From Acidimicrobiales bacterium (GTDB taxonomy: Bacteria; Actinomycetota; Acidimicrobiia; Acidimicrobiales; GCA-2861595), in assembly GCA_046596195.1 (NCBI GenBank), contig JBKJNA010000122.1, positions 1-61,554 on the forward strand: 61,554 nt of DNA, written 5' to 3'. Under the pieces are notes generated by a model. The model saw nothing but the letters and a program-made list of their open reading frames with translations. It searched no databases and was not told where the DNA came from. How positions within the stretch are numbered: the stretch's first letter is position 1; each line of letters opens with the position of its first letter. A program made the position numbers and the translations under genes. Shown piece after piece: positions 1 through 10,162 of the stretch.

Positions 1-117
1 ACCACCATGACCGTGGAGCTGGGCAAGCCCATCGCCATGGACGAGGGCCTGCGCTTCGCCATCCGTGAGGGTGGCCGCACCGTGGGCGCCGGCCGCGTCA
101 CCAAGATCCTCAAGTAG
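1..117 (+). CDS. tuf: Elongation factor Tu, C-terminal end (5' part outside window)
   Basis: Frame 1 reads ...[34 protein letters not shown], then TAG at 115-117. This is a classic EF-Tu C-terminus lying directly upstream of rpsJ. Confidence 0.9.
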   Translation, partial: TTMTVELGKPIAMDEGLRFAIREGGRTVGAGRVTKILK

Positions 118-134
118 AAGAAGAAGGCTGGCCA

Positions 135-455
135 GTGGCTGAGAACCCGAAGCAGAAGATCCGCATCCGCCTGAAGGCGTATGACCACGAGATCATCGAC
201 CAGTCCACGAAGAAGATCGTGGAGACGGTGCTGCGAACCAGCGCCAAGGTTCGCGGGCCCGTGCCGCTGCCCACCGAGATGCACCGCTACACGGTGATCC
301 GCTCTCCCCACAAGTACAAGGACAGCCGGGAGCACTTCGAGATGCGCATCCACAAGCGCCTCCTCGACATCGTCGATCACACCCCGAAGACGGTGGACTC
401 CCTCCAGCGCCTCGACCTGCCGGCGGGTGTGGATATCGAGATCAAGATCCAGTAG
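135..455 (+). CDS. rpsJ: 30S ribosomal protein S10
   Basis: ORF track, 106 aa: [17 protein letters not shown]...GPVPLPTE...[25 protein letters not shown]. First gene of the S10 operon. Confidence 0.97.
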   Translation: MAENPKQKIRIRLKAYDHEIIDQSTKKIVETVLRTSAKVRGPVPLPTEMHRYTVIRSPHKYKDSREHFEMRIHKRLLDIVDHTPKTVDSLQRLDLPAGVDIEIKIQ

Positions 456-747
456 GGCTTTCGCCCTCGCTCGCTGCGCTCGCTCCGTTCGGGCGAGTTT
501 TATCGAGCTCCGGGCACCCGGCGGAGCCGGGTACCCTCCGCACTGAAATCCTCTTGGTCGGTAGCCGGAAGGGGGCCGCCTGCGGCGGCGCCGGCGGCCA
601 CCGACACTGAAAATCTGTTGCTGCTAGTGTGACGAAGCACCAATCGACGTCCTCCGGCGCCCGCATGGGAACCCGGAGGCAGAACCGAGAAGCGCTCCGC
701 CGGGTCTGCCCGAGCGGAGCGTTCGCGTGAGACAGGCGAACATCGAC
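456..747 (+). promoter_or_regulatory. Unusually long structured spacer between rpsJ and rplC (candidate r-protein leader/attenuator)
   Basis: 292 nt with no credible ORF. It contains a terminator-like hairpin, a 13-bp long-range helix (482-494 with 708-720), a competing local 8-bp hairpin (693-700 with 714-721), and a duplicated CACTGAAA motif at 541-556 and 605-620. Confidence 0.4.
479..501 (+). terminator. Terminator-like hairpin plus T-run just after rpsJ
   Basis: CTCGCTC (479-485), 5-nt loop, GGGCGAG (491-497), followed by TTTTAT. The stem is 7 bp including one G-U pair. Confidence 0.35.
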
Positions 748-1389
748 ATGGCAAGCAAAGCGATCGTCGGCGAGAAAGTCGGCATGACACAGGTCTGGGA
801 CGCCGAGAACCGCGCCGTCCCGGTGACCGTCGTCAAGGTGCCGCCGGTGCGTATCGTCCAGGTCAAGACGACCGACCGTGACGGTTACTCCGCTCTGCAG
901 GTCACTTTCGGCACCGTGAAGCCGGGCCGGCTGAACAAGCCCAAGGCCGGCGTCTTCGCAAAGGCCGGCGTGGAGCCTGGCCGCACCCTGGTGGAGCTGC
1001 GCCTCGACGACTGCAACGGCTACACGGTGGGCCAGGAACTCACGGTGGCCATGCTGACGGCGGGCGACAAGATCGACGTCACCGCCGTGAGCAGGGGCCG
1101 TGGCTTCACCGGCGCCATGAAGCGTCACAACTTCAAGGGCCAGGGCGCCTCCCACGGCAACCACAAGAAGCACCGCTCGCCCGGCTCCATCGGCGCCTGC
1201 GCAACGCCTGCCCGGGTCTTCAAGGGCACGAAGATGGCGGGCCAGATGGGCGCCAAACAGGTCACCACGCTGAACCTCGAGGTCGTCCAAGCGGACGGCG
1301 AGCGCGACCTCCTCCTCGTCAAGGGCGCCGTGCCCGGTCCCCGCGGCGGCCTCGTGCTCATCCGGGGCGCCGTGAAGGGCGGGAAGTGA
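748..1389 (+). CDS. rplC: 50S ribosomal protein L3
   Basis: ORF 727-1389. I chose the ATG at 748 ([18 protein letters not shown]...), which matches the usual L3 N-terminus. Confidence 0.95.
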   Translation: MASKAIVGEKVGMTQVWDAENRAVPVTVVKVPPVRIVQVKTTDRDGYSALQVTFGTVKPGRLNKPKAGVFAKAGVEPGRTLVELRLDDCNGYTVGQELTVAMLTAGDKIDVTAVSRGRGFTGAMKRHNFKGQGASHGNHKKHRSPGSIGACATPARVFKGTKMAGQMGAKQVTTLNLEVVQADGERDLLLVKGAVPGPRGGLVLIRGAVKGGK

Positions 1390-2096
1390 TGGCCTCGGTC
1401 GACATCGGCAAGGCTGACAGGCCCTCGTCGCCGTCCGTCCCCCTCCGCACGGTCGACGGCTCCTCGTCCGGCTCCGTCGAACTCCCGGCCGCCGTGTTCG
1501 CCATCGTGCCCAACGTGGCCGTGATGCACCAGGTCGTGGTCGCCCAACTGGCGGGAGCCAGGGCCGGGACCCAGTCCACCAAGACCCGCGCCGAGGTGCG
1601 CGGCGGTGGCGCCAAGCCCTGGAAGCAGAAGGGCACCGGCCGGGCCCGCCAGGGCTCGTCGCGCTCACCGCAGTGGACCGGCGGCGGTGTGGCCCTCGGG
1701 CCCAAGCCCCGCAGCTACAAGCAGCGCACACCCAAGAAGATGGTGCAGCTGGCCCTGCGCTCGGCGCTGTCGGACCGGGCCGCCATGGAGCGGGTCGTGG
1801 TCATCGACAGCTGGGGCTTCACCTCCCCGAAGACCAAGGACGCCGTCGCCGCACTGCAGGCGCTCGGTGTCGACGGCAAGGTGCTGGTGGTCGTGAACCA
1901 CGAGGAGCAGATCGCCCGAAAGTCCTTCCGGAACCTGCCCGACGTGCACGTGCTGCTGGCCGGAGAGCTCAACGCCTACGACGTGCTGTGCAGCGACTGG
2001 ATCGTCTTCACCAGCGACACCCTGCCCACGGGCACGCACGAGCCGGCCACGACCAGGGCGGCCATGCCCGACGACGACGGAGGCGAAGCCAAGTGA
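1389..2096 (+). CDS. rplD: 50S ribosomal protein L4
   Basis: ORF 1386-2096 with ...[27 protein letters not shown].... The ATG at 1389 overlaps the rplC TGA (TGATG coupling, as at other junctions here); GTG at 1386 is an alternative start. Confidence 0.95.
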   Translation: MASVDIGKADRPSSPSVPLRTVDGSSSGSVELPAAVFAIVPNVAVMHQVVVAQLAGARAGTQSTKTRAEVRGGGAKPWKQKGTGRARQGSSRSPQWTGGGVALGPKPRSYKQRTPKKMVQLALRSALSDRAAMERVVVIDSWGFTSPKTKDAVAALQALGVDGKVLVVVNHEEQIARKSFRNLPDVHVLLAGELNAYDVLCSDWIVFTSDTLPTGTHEPATTRAAMPDDDGGEAK

Positions 2097-2383
2097 AGGA
2101 CCCCCGCGACGTGATCCTGCGGCCGGTGGTGTCGGAGAAGTCGTACGCGCTTCTCGACAACGGCGTTTACACCTTCGTCGTCGACCCCCGTGCCAACAAG
2201 ACCGAGATCCGCCAGGCGGTGGAGAGCATCTTCAACGTGCGGGTCACCAACGTGAACACGCTGAACCGCAAGGGCAAGCGCAAGCGCAACCGGCGCTCCG
2301 CCACCTTCGGCAAGCGCCCCGACACCAAGCGTGCCGTCATCACCCTCGCCGGTGAAGACCGCATCGACCTGTTCGAGAGCTAG
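2093..2383 (+). CDS. rplW: 50S ribosomal protein L23
   Basis: The GTG at 2093 overlaps the rplD stop (GTGA). Sequence [18 protein letters not shown]...KRAVITL lies in the frame of ORF 1673-2383. Confidence 0.93.
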   Translation: MKDPRDVILRPVVSEKSYALLDNGVYTFVVDPRANKTEIRQAVESIFNVRVTNVNTLNRKGKRKRNRRSATFGKRPDTKRAVITLAGEDRIDLFES

Positions 2384-2394
2384 CGGGAAACGAC

Positions 2395-3231
2395 ATGGCC
2401 CTTCGCAAGCGCAAGCCCACCAGTGCCGGCCGGCGGTTCCAGACCGTCTCCGATTTCTCCGACATCACCACCGACAGGCCCGAGAAGAGCCTGCTCGGCC
2501 CCAAGCCCCGCACCGGCGGCCGCAACAGCTACGGCCGCAAGACGGCTCGTCACCGCGGCGGCGGCCACAAGCAGCAGTACCGCATGGTCGACTTCAAGCG
2601 GAACAAGGACGGCATCCCGGCCAAGGTCGCGACCATCGAGTACGACCCCAACCGCAACGCCCGCATCGCGCTGCTCCACTACGTGGACGGTGAGAAGCGC
2701 TACATCCTGGCCCCGGCCAAGGTGGGCGTGGGCGACATGCTCCAGAGCGGCCAGGGTGCGGAGATCCGCCCCGGCAACGCCCTGCCGCTGCGCTACATCC
2801 CGGTCGGTACCACGATCCACAACGTCGAGCTCAAGCCCGGCGGTGGCGGCAAGATGGCACGGGGCGCCGGCATGAGCGTCCAGCTCGTGGCCAAGGAGGG
2901 CGACTTCGCCACCCTGCGCCTGCCCTCCACCGAGATGCGCCGGGTTCCCATCGACTGCCGGGGCACCATCGGCGAGGTCGGCAACGCCGAGGCCGAGTTG
3001 ATCAAGATCGGCAAGGCCGGCCGTAACCGCTGGAAGGGCGTCCGCCCCCAGACCCGCGGCGTGGCCATGAACCCCGTCGACCACCCCCTCGGCGGTGGCG
3101 AGGGCAAGTCCTCCGGTGGCCGACACCCCGTGTCGCCCTGGGGCAAGCCCGAAGGGCGCACGCGTGACCAGAACAAGGAATCGACCAAGCTCATCGTCCG
3201 GCGGCGCCGCACCCGCGGCGCACGGAGGTAA
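2395..3231 (+). CDS. rplB: 50S ribosomal protein L2
   Basis: ORF track, 278 aa, with ...[22 protein letters not shown]... and ...[14 protein letters not shown].... Confidence 0.97.
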   Translation: MALRKRKPTSAGRRFQTVSDFSDITTDRPEKSLLGPKPRTGGRNSYGRKTARHRGGGHKQQYRMVDFKRNKDGIPAKVATIEYDPNRNARIALLHYVDGEKRYILAPAKVGVGDMLQSGQGAEIRPGNALPLRYIPVGTTIHNVELKPGGGGKMARGAGMSVQLVAKEGDFATLRLPSTEMRRVPIDCRGTIGEVGNAEAELIKIGKAGRNRWKGVRPQTRGVAMNPVDHPLGGGEGKSSGGRHPVSPWGKPEGRTRDQNKESTKLIVRRRRTRGARR

Positions 3232-3237
3232 CCGGCA

Positions 3238-3516
3238 ATGCCCCGCAGCCTGAAGAAGGGCCCGTTCGTCGACGACCACCTGCTCAAGAAGGTCGACGTG
3301 CTCAACGCGGCCAACGAGAAGCGCGTGGTGAAGACGTGGTCCCGCCGTTCCACGATCATCCCCGACATGGTGGGCCACACCATCGCCGTCCACGACGGCC
3401 GCAAGCACGTGCCCGTGTACATCACCGAGTCGATGGTGGGCCACAAGCTCGGCGAGTTCGCCCCCACCCGCACGTTCCGGTACCACGCCGGCCAGGAACG
3501 GGCAGGGAGGCGCTAG
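3238..3516 (+). CDS. rpsS: 30S ribosomal protein S19
   Basis: ORF track, 92 aa: [18 protein letters not shown]...[17 protein letters not shown]. Confidence 0.97.
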   Translation: MPRSLKKGPFVDDHLLKKVDVLNAANEKRVVKTWSRRSTIIPDMVGHTIAVHDGRKHVPVYITESMVGHKLGEFAPTRTFRYHAGQERAGRR

Positions 3517-3518
3517 CG

Positions 3519-4211
3519 ATGCCCGGTCCCAAGACGAATGAGCGCGAGGGCACCCGTGCCGTCCTGCGCAACGAGGGCGTGTCGGCCTACAAGGTCCGCC
3601 CCGTCCTCGACCTCATCCGCGGCCAGGACGTGGGCCTGGCCCGCGACACCCTCGACCTGTGCGAGCGTGACGCCGCCCTGCTGGTGGGCAAGCTGCTCAC
3701 CTCGGCTGTCGCCAACGCCGAGAACAATGACGGCCTCGACCCCGAGGAGCTCTACGTGTCGGCGTGCTACGCCGACGAGGGCGCCACGGCCAAGCGCTGG
3801 CGGCCCCGTGCCCGCGGCCGGGCCACCCGGATCCGCAAGCGCAGCTGCCACATCACGGTGATCGTGAGCCGCCTGCCCACCGAGCGCCTGAACCGGCTGC
3901 GTGCCCGCCAGGCGGCCGAGGCCGGCAACCGCCGCGCCCGCCGTGTGGCCGGTGGCCGCCAGGGCCGCCGAACACGCCGCGACGAGCAGCGCCCCGGCAC
4001 CGCTCCGGCGCCCGAGACGGCCACCGCGACTCCGGCCGAGGTCGACGCTCCGATGGTGGAGATCCAGGAGACGACGGCGCCCGAGGCCGCCGTGGGGGAC
4101 ACGGCGGCAGCGACCTCCACGGACAACACCACCACGGACGACAGCGGCGCTGCAGAGGGCGCCGGCGACACGGCGACCGACACGGCGCCCGACGACGAGA
4201 AGGACAGCTAG
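3519..4211 (+). CDS. rplV: 50S ribosomal protein L22 with long low-complexity C-terminal tail
   Basis: ATG at 3519 in the frame of ORF 3336-4211. The L22 core spans about 120 aa (...AYKVRPVLDLIRGQ...RWRPRARGRATRIRKRSCHITVIV). It is followed by a tail of about 108 aa that is Arg-rich and then Ala/Thr/Asp-rich. Confidence 0.93.
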   Translation: MPGPKTNEREGTRAVLRNEGVSAYKVRPVLDLIRGQDVGLARDTLDLCERDAALLVGKLLTSAVANAENNDGLDPEELYVSACYADEGATAKRWRPRARGRATRIRKRSCHITVIVSRLPTERLNRLRARQAAEAGNRRARRVAGGRQGRRTRRDEQRPGTAPAPETATATPAEVDAPMVEIQETTAPEAAVGDTAAATSTDNTTTDDSGAAEGAGDTATDTAPDDEKDS

Positions 4212-5153
4212 ATGGGCCAGAAGGTAAACCCGTACGGGTTCCGCCTGGGCGTGACCACCGACTGGAAGTCGCGGTGGTTCAACGACAGGGAGTACAAGGA
4301 CCAGGTCATCGAGGACTGGAAGATCCGCGATTACCTCACCAAGCAGCTCGAGCGGGCGGCTGTCAGCCGCGTCGAGGTGGAGCGCACCCGCGACCGCCTG
4401 CGAATCGACCTGCACACGGCCCGCCCCGGCATCGTCATCGGCCGCCGGGGTGCCGAGGCCGACCGCCTGCGCACCGAACTTGCCCGCATCACCAAGAACC
4501 CGAAGGTCCAGCTCAACATCCAGGAGATCAAGCAGCCCGAACTCGACGCCGCCCTCATCGCCCAGGGCATCGCCGACCAGCTGGCCGGCCGCGTCAGTTT
4601 CCGGCGGGCCATGAAGCGAGCCGTACAGACGGTGCAGAAGGCCGGCGCCCAGGGCATCCGCGTGCAGTGCGCCGCCCGCCTGGGCGGCTCCGAGATGGCA
4701 CGCCGCGAGGCGTACCGCGAGGGCCGGGTGCCTCTGCACACCCTGCGGGCCGACATCGACTACGGCTTCCGTGAGGCGAAGACCACCTTCGGCCGCATCG
4801 GCGTGAAGGTGTGGATCTACAAGGGCGACATCCTCCCCTACAAGGTCTCCACCGAGGACAAGATCAGCCGCGAGGCGGCCATGGCCGTGGGCGAGACGTC
4901 CGGCCAGGGCAAGCCCCGCCGCATCATCTCGGCCGGCGGCGGTCGCCGCCGTCCCGACCAGGGCGACCCGGGTGTCGAGCCGGCACCCGGCACGGCAGGC
5001 GAGGACGGCGTCGAAGCGGTCGAAGCCGGCGACGCCAAGCCGATCCTGCCCGAGGTCGATCCCGACATCGAGCGCCTCCTGGCCGAGGAAGAAGAGATCG
5101 AGCGCCGTACCCGGGAGCACCACGAGGCGCCGCACTTCAAGGAGACCGACTGA
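4212..5153 (+). CDS. rpsC: 30S ribosomal protein S3 with extended acidic C-terminal tail
   Basis: ORF track, 313 aa: [23 protein letters not shown].... The S3 core spans about 210 aa and is followed by a tail of about 100 aa. Confidence 0.96.
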   Translation: MGQKVNPYGFRLGVTTDWKSRWFNDREYKDQVIEDWKIRDYLTKQLERAAVSRVEVERTRDRLRIDLHTARPGIVIGRRGAEADRLRTELARITKNPKVQLNIQEIKQPELDAALIAQGIADQLAGRVSFRRAMKRAVQTVQKAGAQGIRVQCAARLGGSEMARREAYREGRVPLHTLRADIDYGFREAKTTFGRIGVKVWIYKGDILPYKVSTEDKISREAAMAVGETSGQGKPRRIISAGGGRRRPDQGDPGVEPAPGTAGEDGVEAVEAGDAKPILPEVDPDIERLLAEEEEIERRTREHHEAPHFKETD

Positions 5154-5578
5154 TGCTCATGCCCAGGAAGGTCAGGCACCGCAAGCAGCAGCGCGGCCGC
5201 CTGTCCGGCATGGCCAAGGCCGGCACCACCGTCTCCTTCGGCGACTTCGGGGTGCAGGCCCTCGAGCCGGGCTGGATCACCGCCCGCCAGATCGAGGCCG
5301 CCCGTATCGCCATGACCCGCCACGTCAAGCGCGGCGGCAAGGTGTGGATCCGCGTGTTCCCCGACAAGCCCGTCACGGCCAAGCCGGCCGAGACCCGCAT
5401 GGGCTCCGGCAAGGGCAACCCCGAGCACTGGGTGGCCGTGGTCAAGCCCGGCCGCATCATGTTCGAGCTGGCCGGCGTGGACGAGACGCTGGCGCGCGCC
5501 GCCATGGAGCGCGCCATCCAGAAGCTGCCCATCCGGGCACGGTTCGTGGTGCGCCACGAGCAGGAGGTGCAGATCTGA
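5153..5578 (+). CDS. rplP: 50S ribosomal protein L16
   Basis: The ATG at 5153 shares one nt with the rpsC TGA. Sequence: [16 protein letters not shown]...[23 protein letters not shown]. Confidence 0.96.
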   Translation: MLMPRKVRHRKQQRGRLSGMAKAGTTVSFGDFGVQALEPGWITARQIEAARIAMTRHVKRGGKVWIRVFPDKPVTAKPAETRMGSGKGNPEHWVAVVKPGRIMFELAGVDETLARAAMERAIQKLPIRARFVVRHEQEVQI

Positions 5579-5820
5579 TGGCCCGCTCCAAGTCACACGA
5601 CCTGCGCGACATGGATGTCAACGAGCTCGAGACCCGGCTCACCGAGGTCAAGCAGGAGCTGTTCAACCTGCGGTTCCAGCACGTCACCGGCCAGCTGGAC
5701 AACTTCGCCCGGCTCGGCCAGCTGAGGAAGGACGTGGCACGGATGAACACCATCCTCCGCCAGCATGAGATCGCGGCTTTCGAGGCCGCAGCAGGAGCCG
5801 AGGGGGCATCCCGTGGCTGA
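5578..5820 (+). CDS. rpmC: 50S ribosomal protein L29
   Basis: The ATG at 5578 shares one nt with the rplP TGA. Sequence: ...[32 protein letters not shown]. Confidence 0.93.
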   Translation: MARSKSHDLRDMDVNELETRLTEVKQELFNLRFQHVTGQLDNFARLGQLRKDVARMNTILRQHEIAAFEAAAGAEGASRG

Positions 5821-6106
5821 CACGACACCTGAGACCAGCGCAGCGGACGCCGAAGTGCGCGCCGCCCGCAAGCAGCGGGAGGGCACCGTGGTGTCCAACG
5901 CCATGAACAAGACGGCGATCGTTGCCGTCATCGACCAGGTGCGCCACCGGCGCTACGCCAAGACGGTGCAGCGCACCAAGCGCCTCTTCGCCCACGACGA
6001 GGACAACGATGTGAAGGTCGGTGACCGGGTCCGTATCCAAGAGACCCGGCCGCTGTCCAAGCTCAAGCGCTGGCGCGTGATCGAAGTGCTGGAGCGGGCC
6101 CGATGA
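5813..6106 (+). CDS. rpsQ: 30S ribosomal protein S17
   Basis: GTG at 5813 in the frame of ORF 5765-6106: ...[31 protein letters not shown]...RWRVIEVL. The exact start is uncertain. Confidence 0.9.
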   Translation: MADTTPETSAADAEVRAARKQREGTVVSNAMNKTAIVAVIDQVRHRRYAKTVQRTKRLFAHDEDNDVKVGDRVRIQETRPLSKLKRWRVIEVLERAR

Positions 6107-6471
6107 TCCAGCAGGAGTCCCGGCTCCGCGTGGCCGACAATTCCGGCGCCAAGGAAGTCCTCTGCATCAAGGTGCTGGGCGGCTCCAAGCGCCGCTACGC
6201 CTCGATCGGCGACATCTTCGTCGCCACCGTGAAGGACGCCATCCCCGGCGCGGCGGTGAAGAAGGGCGATGTCGTCAAGTGCGTCGTCGTCCGCACCAAG
6301 AAGGAGAAGCGCCGGGCCGACGGCAGCTACATCCGCTTCGACGAGAACGCCGCCGTCCTCATCAACGATCAGCAGCAGCCTCGCGGCACCCGTATCTTCG
6401 GTCCCGTCGGGCGCGAACTGCGCGACAAGAAGTTCATGCGGATCATCTCTCTAGCGCCGGAAGTCCTCTGA
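6103..6471 (+). CDS. rplN: 50S ribosomal protein L14
   Basis: ORF track, 122 aa: [28 protein letters not shown]. Confidence 0.97.
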   Translation: MIQQESRLRVADNSGAKEVLCIKVLGGSKRRYASIGDIFVATVKDAIPGAAVKKGDVVKCVVVRTKKEKRRADGSYIRFDENAAVLINDQQQPRGTRIFGPVGRELRDKKFMRIISLAPEVL

Positions 6472-6785
6472 TGAAGCTGAAGAAGGGTGACCGTGTGCGC
6501 GTGCGCGCCGGCAAGGACCGTGGGAAGACGGCGGAGATCATGCGCGTCATCCCGTCCGAGAACAAGGTGATCGTCGACGGCGTCAACGTGGCCAAGCGCC
6601 ACCAGCGGGCCACCCGCGCCACGATGCAGGGCGGCATCATCGACAAGGACATGCCGATCCATGCGTCGGCGGTGGCCATCGTGTGCCCCACGGACGGGCC
6701 CACCCGCATCGGGTACCGCTTCGAGGACACGTCCGCCGGGCGCCGCAAGATCCGGATCTGCAAGAAGTGCAGAGGGGACCTGTGA
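6471..6785 (+). CDS. rplX: 50S ribosomal protein L24
   Basis: The ATG at 6471 shares one nt with the rplN TGA. Sequence: [26 protein letters not shown]. Confidence 0.94.
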   Translation: MKLKKGDRVRVRAGKDRGKTAEIMRVIPSENKVIVDGVNVAKRHQRATRATMQGGIIDKDMPIHASAVAIVCPTDGPTRIGYRFEDTSAGRRKIRICKKCRGDL

Positions 6786-7366
6786 GCACCACCGCACCCG
6801 CCGCGCCGACCCGTCCCCTGCCCCGGCTCAAGCAGCGGTACAACGACGAGATCCGCGTCCAGCTCAAGGAGAGCCTCGGCCTCGGGAACATCATGGAGGT
6901 TCCCCGGTTCGAGAAGGTCGTCATCAACATGGGCGTGGGCCGGGCCACCCAGCAGCAGTCGCTGATCGACGGGGCCGTGCGCGACCTCACGATCATCGCC
7001 GGCCAGAAGCCGCTGGTCACCAAGGCCAGGAAGTCGATCGCCGCGTTCAAGCTGCGGGAGGGCAACGCCATCGGCGCCAAGGTCACCCTCCGCGGCGACC
7101 GCATGTGGGAATTCCTCGACCGGCTCATCAGCCTGGCCATCCCCCGCATCCGTGACTTCAGGGGGCTGCCGTCGCGGTCCTTCGACGGTCACGGCAACTA
7201 CACCTTCGGCGTGACCGAGCAGCTGATCTTCCCGGAGATCGACTACGACAAGGTCGACACGCCACGCGGCATGGACATCACCGTGGTCACATCGGCCCGT
7301 ACGGACGACGAGGGCAGGGCCCTTCTCGCCGCCTACGGGTTCCCGTTCAAGCGTGAGGATCAATAG
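6782..7366 (+). CDS. rplE: 50S ribosomal protein L5
   Basis: The GTG at 6782 overlaps the rplX stop (GTGA). Sequence: ...[39 protein letters not shown].... Confidence 0.94.
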   Translation: MSTTAPAAPTRPLPRLKQRYNDEIRVQLKESLGLGNIMEVPRFEKVVINMGVGRATQQQSLIDGAVRDLTIIAGQKPLVTKARKSIAAFKLREGNAIGAKVTLRGDRMWEFLDRLISLAIPRIRDFRGLPSRSFDGHGNYTFGVTEQLIFPEIDYDKVDTPRGMDITVVTSARTDDEGRALLAAYGFPFKREDQ

Positions 7367-7551
7367 TGGCGAAGAAGGCACTCGTTCAGAAGCAGCAGCG
7401 CAAGCCCAAGTTCAAGGTGCGGGGATACACCCGGTGCCAGCGGTGCGGCCGCCCCCGTGCGGTGTTCCGCAAGTTCGGCCTGTGCCGCATTTGCCTGCGC
7501 GAGCTGGCGCACGCCGGGGAGCTCCCCGGCGTCACGAAGGCATCCTGGTGA
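7366..7551 (+). CDS. rpsN: 30S ribosomal protein S14, type Z (zinc-binding short form)
   Basis: ORF track, 61 aa, with [20 protein letters not shown] (a pair of CxxC motifs). Confidence 0.95.
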   Translation: MAKKALVQKQQRKPKFKVRGYTRCQRCGRPRAVFRKFGLCRICLRELAHAGELPGVTKASW

Positions 7552-7579
7552 GCGGGCGACTGGTGAGGGGGCAACTGCG

Positions 7580-7984
7580 ATGACGATGACCGACCCGGTT
7601 GCCGACATGCTCACGCGTATCCGCAACGGCAACACGGCCATGCACGACACGGTGAAGATGCCGTCGTCCAAGGTGAAGGAGGCGCTGGCCGCCATCCTCC
7701 AGCGCGAGGGCTTCATCGACGGCTTCGAGGTGCAGGACGACCCCGGTCGCCCGGGCCGCGTGCTCGAGATCGCCATGAAGTACTCGAGCGACCGTGCCCG
7801 CACCATCTCGGGCATCCGGCGAATCTCCAAGCCGGGCCTGCGGGTGTACACCAAGGCCGACCGCCTGCCGCGCGTGCTCGGCGGCCTCGGTGTGGCCGTG
7901 CTGTCCACCAGCCAGGGCCTGATGACTGACCGCGAAGCCCGCCAGCGGCGCATGGGCGGCGAAATCCTCTGTTACGTCTGGTAG
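7580..7984 (+). CDS. rpsH: 30S ribosomal protein S8
   Basis: ATG at 7580 in the frame of ORF 7457-7984: [20 protein letters not shown]...GGEILCYVW. Confidence 0.96.
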   Translation: MTMTDPVADMLTRIRNGNTAMHDTVKMPSSKVKEALAAILQREGFIDGFEVQDDPGRPGRVLEIAMKYSSDRARTISGIRRISKPGLRVYTKADRLPRVLGGLGVAVLSTSQGLMTDREARQRRMGGEILCYVW

Positions 7985-7995
7985 GTCGGTAGACG

Positions 7996-8535
7996 ATGTC
8001 TCGAATCGGAAAAGCACCCATCCCCGTCCCGTCCGGCGTGACAGTCACGCTGGCGGACCGGCGCGTCACCGTGAAGGGCCCCCAGGGCACGCTCGAGCGC
8101 GAGCTGCCGGGCGCCATCACGGTGCGTCAGGAGGAGGCCACGCTGGTGGTCGAGCGGCCCGACGACGCCCGCCAGAACCGGGCGCTGCACGGGCTCACCC
8201 GCTCGCTGGTCAACAACATGGTCATCGGCGTCACCGCCGGGTTCACCAAGGACCTCGAGATCGTGGGCGTGGGCTATCGGGCCACGCCCAAGGGCCCCGA
8301 CAAGATCGAGTTGGCTCTCGGCTTCAGCCACATGGTGCCCGTCGACGCCCCGCCGGGCATCACCTTCGACGTGCCGCTGCCCACCCGCATCACGGTGAAG
8401 GGCATCGACAAGGAACTGGTTGGCCAGGTCGCAGCCGACATCCGAAGCGTGCGCAAGCCCGAGCCCTACAAGGGCAAAGGCGTCCGCTACGCGGGCGAGG
8501 TCGTGCAGCGTAAGGCCGGAAAGGCAGCCAAGTGA
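7996..8535 (+). CDS. rplF: 50S ribosomal protein L6
   Basis: ORF track, 179 aa: [17 protein letters not shown]...[17 protein letters not shown]. Confidence 0.97.
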   Translation: MSRIGKAPIPVPSGVTVTLADRRVTVKGPQGTLERELPGAITVRQEEATLVVERPDDARQNRALHGLTRSLVNNMVIGVTAGFTKDLEIVGVGYRATPKGPDKIELALGFSHMVPVDAPPGITFDVPLPTRITVKGIDKELVGQVAADIRSVRKPEPYKGKGVRYAGEVVQRKAGKAAK

Positions 8536-8888
8536 GTAACAGACGACTGGAATTGCGTCGAACGCGCCACCGGCGCGTCCGGCGCAAGGTATCCGGCACG
8601 ACGGCCCGGCCCCGCCTGGCGGTGTTCCGCTCGTCGCGCCACATGGTGGCCCAGGTCATCGACGATTCCACCGGCCGCACCATCGCGGCCGCATCCACGG
8701 TCGAGCCCGACCTGAAGTCGGGCGGCGGTGGCAACAAGGCGGCGGCCGCGGCCGTCGGCCGTTTGGTTGCCACCCGCGCAAAGGCGGCCGGCGTCGACAC
8801 GGTGATCTTCGACCGGGGCGGCTTCTTGTACCACGGCCGGGTGGCGGCGGTCGCCGACGCCGCCCGCGAAGCCGGTCTCACGTTCTAG
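8532..8888 (+). CDS. rplR: 50S ribosomal protein L18
   Basis: ORF track, 118 aa, with ...[18 protein letters not shown]...[23 protein letters not shown]. Confidence 0.96.
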   Translation: MSNRRLELRRTRHRRVRRKVSGTTARPRLAVFRSSRHMVAQVIDDSTGRTIAAASTVEPDLKSGGGGNKAAAAAVGRLVATRAKAAGVDTVIFDRGGFLYHGRVAAVADAAREAGLTF

Positions 8889-8900
8889 AAAGGTCTGTAC

Positions 8901-9452
<552 letters not shown>

Positions 9453-9638
9453 GTGGCCAGTCTCCAGGTCACCCAGGTGAAGTCGGCCATCGGTACCAAG
9501 CCGAAGCACCGCGGCACGCTGCGGGCCCTCGGCCTGCGCGGAGTCGGCAAGACCAACAAGCTTCCCGATCGGCCGGAGATCCGGGGCATGATCGCCCGGG
9601 TCCCCCATCTGGTCCACGTCGAGGAGGTGTCCGAATGA
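9453..9638 (+). CDS. rpmD: 50S ribosomal protein L30
   Basis: ORF track, 61 aa: LQVTQVKSAIGTKPKHRGTLRALGLR. Confidence 0.94.
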   Translation: MASLQVTQVKSAIGTKPKHRGTLRALGLRGVGKTNKLPDRPEIRGMIARVPHLVHVEEVSE

Positions 9639-10123
9639 AGCCCCACGATCTGAAGGCGCCGGCCGGCTCGTCGCGCCCGCGCCGCCGTGTCGGCCGGGGC
9701 ACCGGCGGCAAGGGCGGCAAGACCGCCGGCCGCGGCACCAAGGGCCAGGGCGCACGCGGCCAGGTCCGGCCCGGCTTCGAGGGCGGCCAGCTGCCCCTGA
9801 AGCAGCGCATCCCCAAGCTCAAGGGCTTCAAGAACCCGTTCCGGGTCGAGTACGTCGTCGTCAACCTCGACGCCATCGAGGCCTTCGAGGGTGACGTCAT
9901 CAGCCCCGAGACGCTGCGGGCCAAGGGCCTCGTGCACAAGCACGGCCTGGTCAAGGTCCTCGGTCGGGGTGAGCTCAATCGCAAGATGCAGGTGAGCGCC
10001 CACGCGTTCTCGCGCAGCGCCGAAGAGGCGATCAAGAACGCCGGGGGTAGCGTGGAGGTCATCCCGCCGCCGTTCGGCAACGGCCGCCCGCCGGCCAAGG
10101 GGAATGCCCTCACCAACCGCTAG
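9635..10123 (+). CDS. rplO: 50S ribosomal protein L15
   Basis: ORF track, 162 aa, with ...RVGRGTGGKGGKTAGRGTKGQGARG...FEGGQLPL.... ATGA overlap with rpmD. Confidence 0.96.
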   Translation: MKPHDLKAPAGSSRPRRRVGRGTGGKGGKTAGRGTKGQGARGQVRPGFEGGQLPLKQRIPKLKGFKNPFRVEYVVVNLDAIEAFEGDVISPETLRAKGLVHKHGLVKVLGRGELNRKMQVSAHAFSRSAEEAIKNAGGSVEVIPPPFGNGRPPAKGNALTNR

Positions 10124-10162
10124 TTCGTCGGTCGTCCTCTCTCCGCCAGCAGGAGCAGGTGC

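Noticed and set aside
442-1731. 429-aa minus-strand ORF (and nested ORFs 500-790 and 624-866) across the rpsJ-rplC-rplD region
   Set aside because: It is antisense to unmistakable L3/L4 genes. The product is an Arg/Pro/Gly/Ala-rich low-complexity string, typical of shadow ORFs in very G+C-rich DNA.
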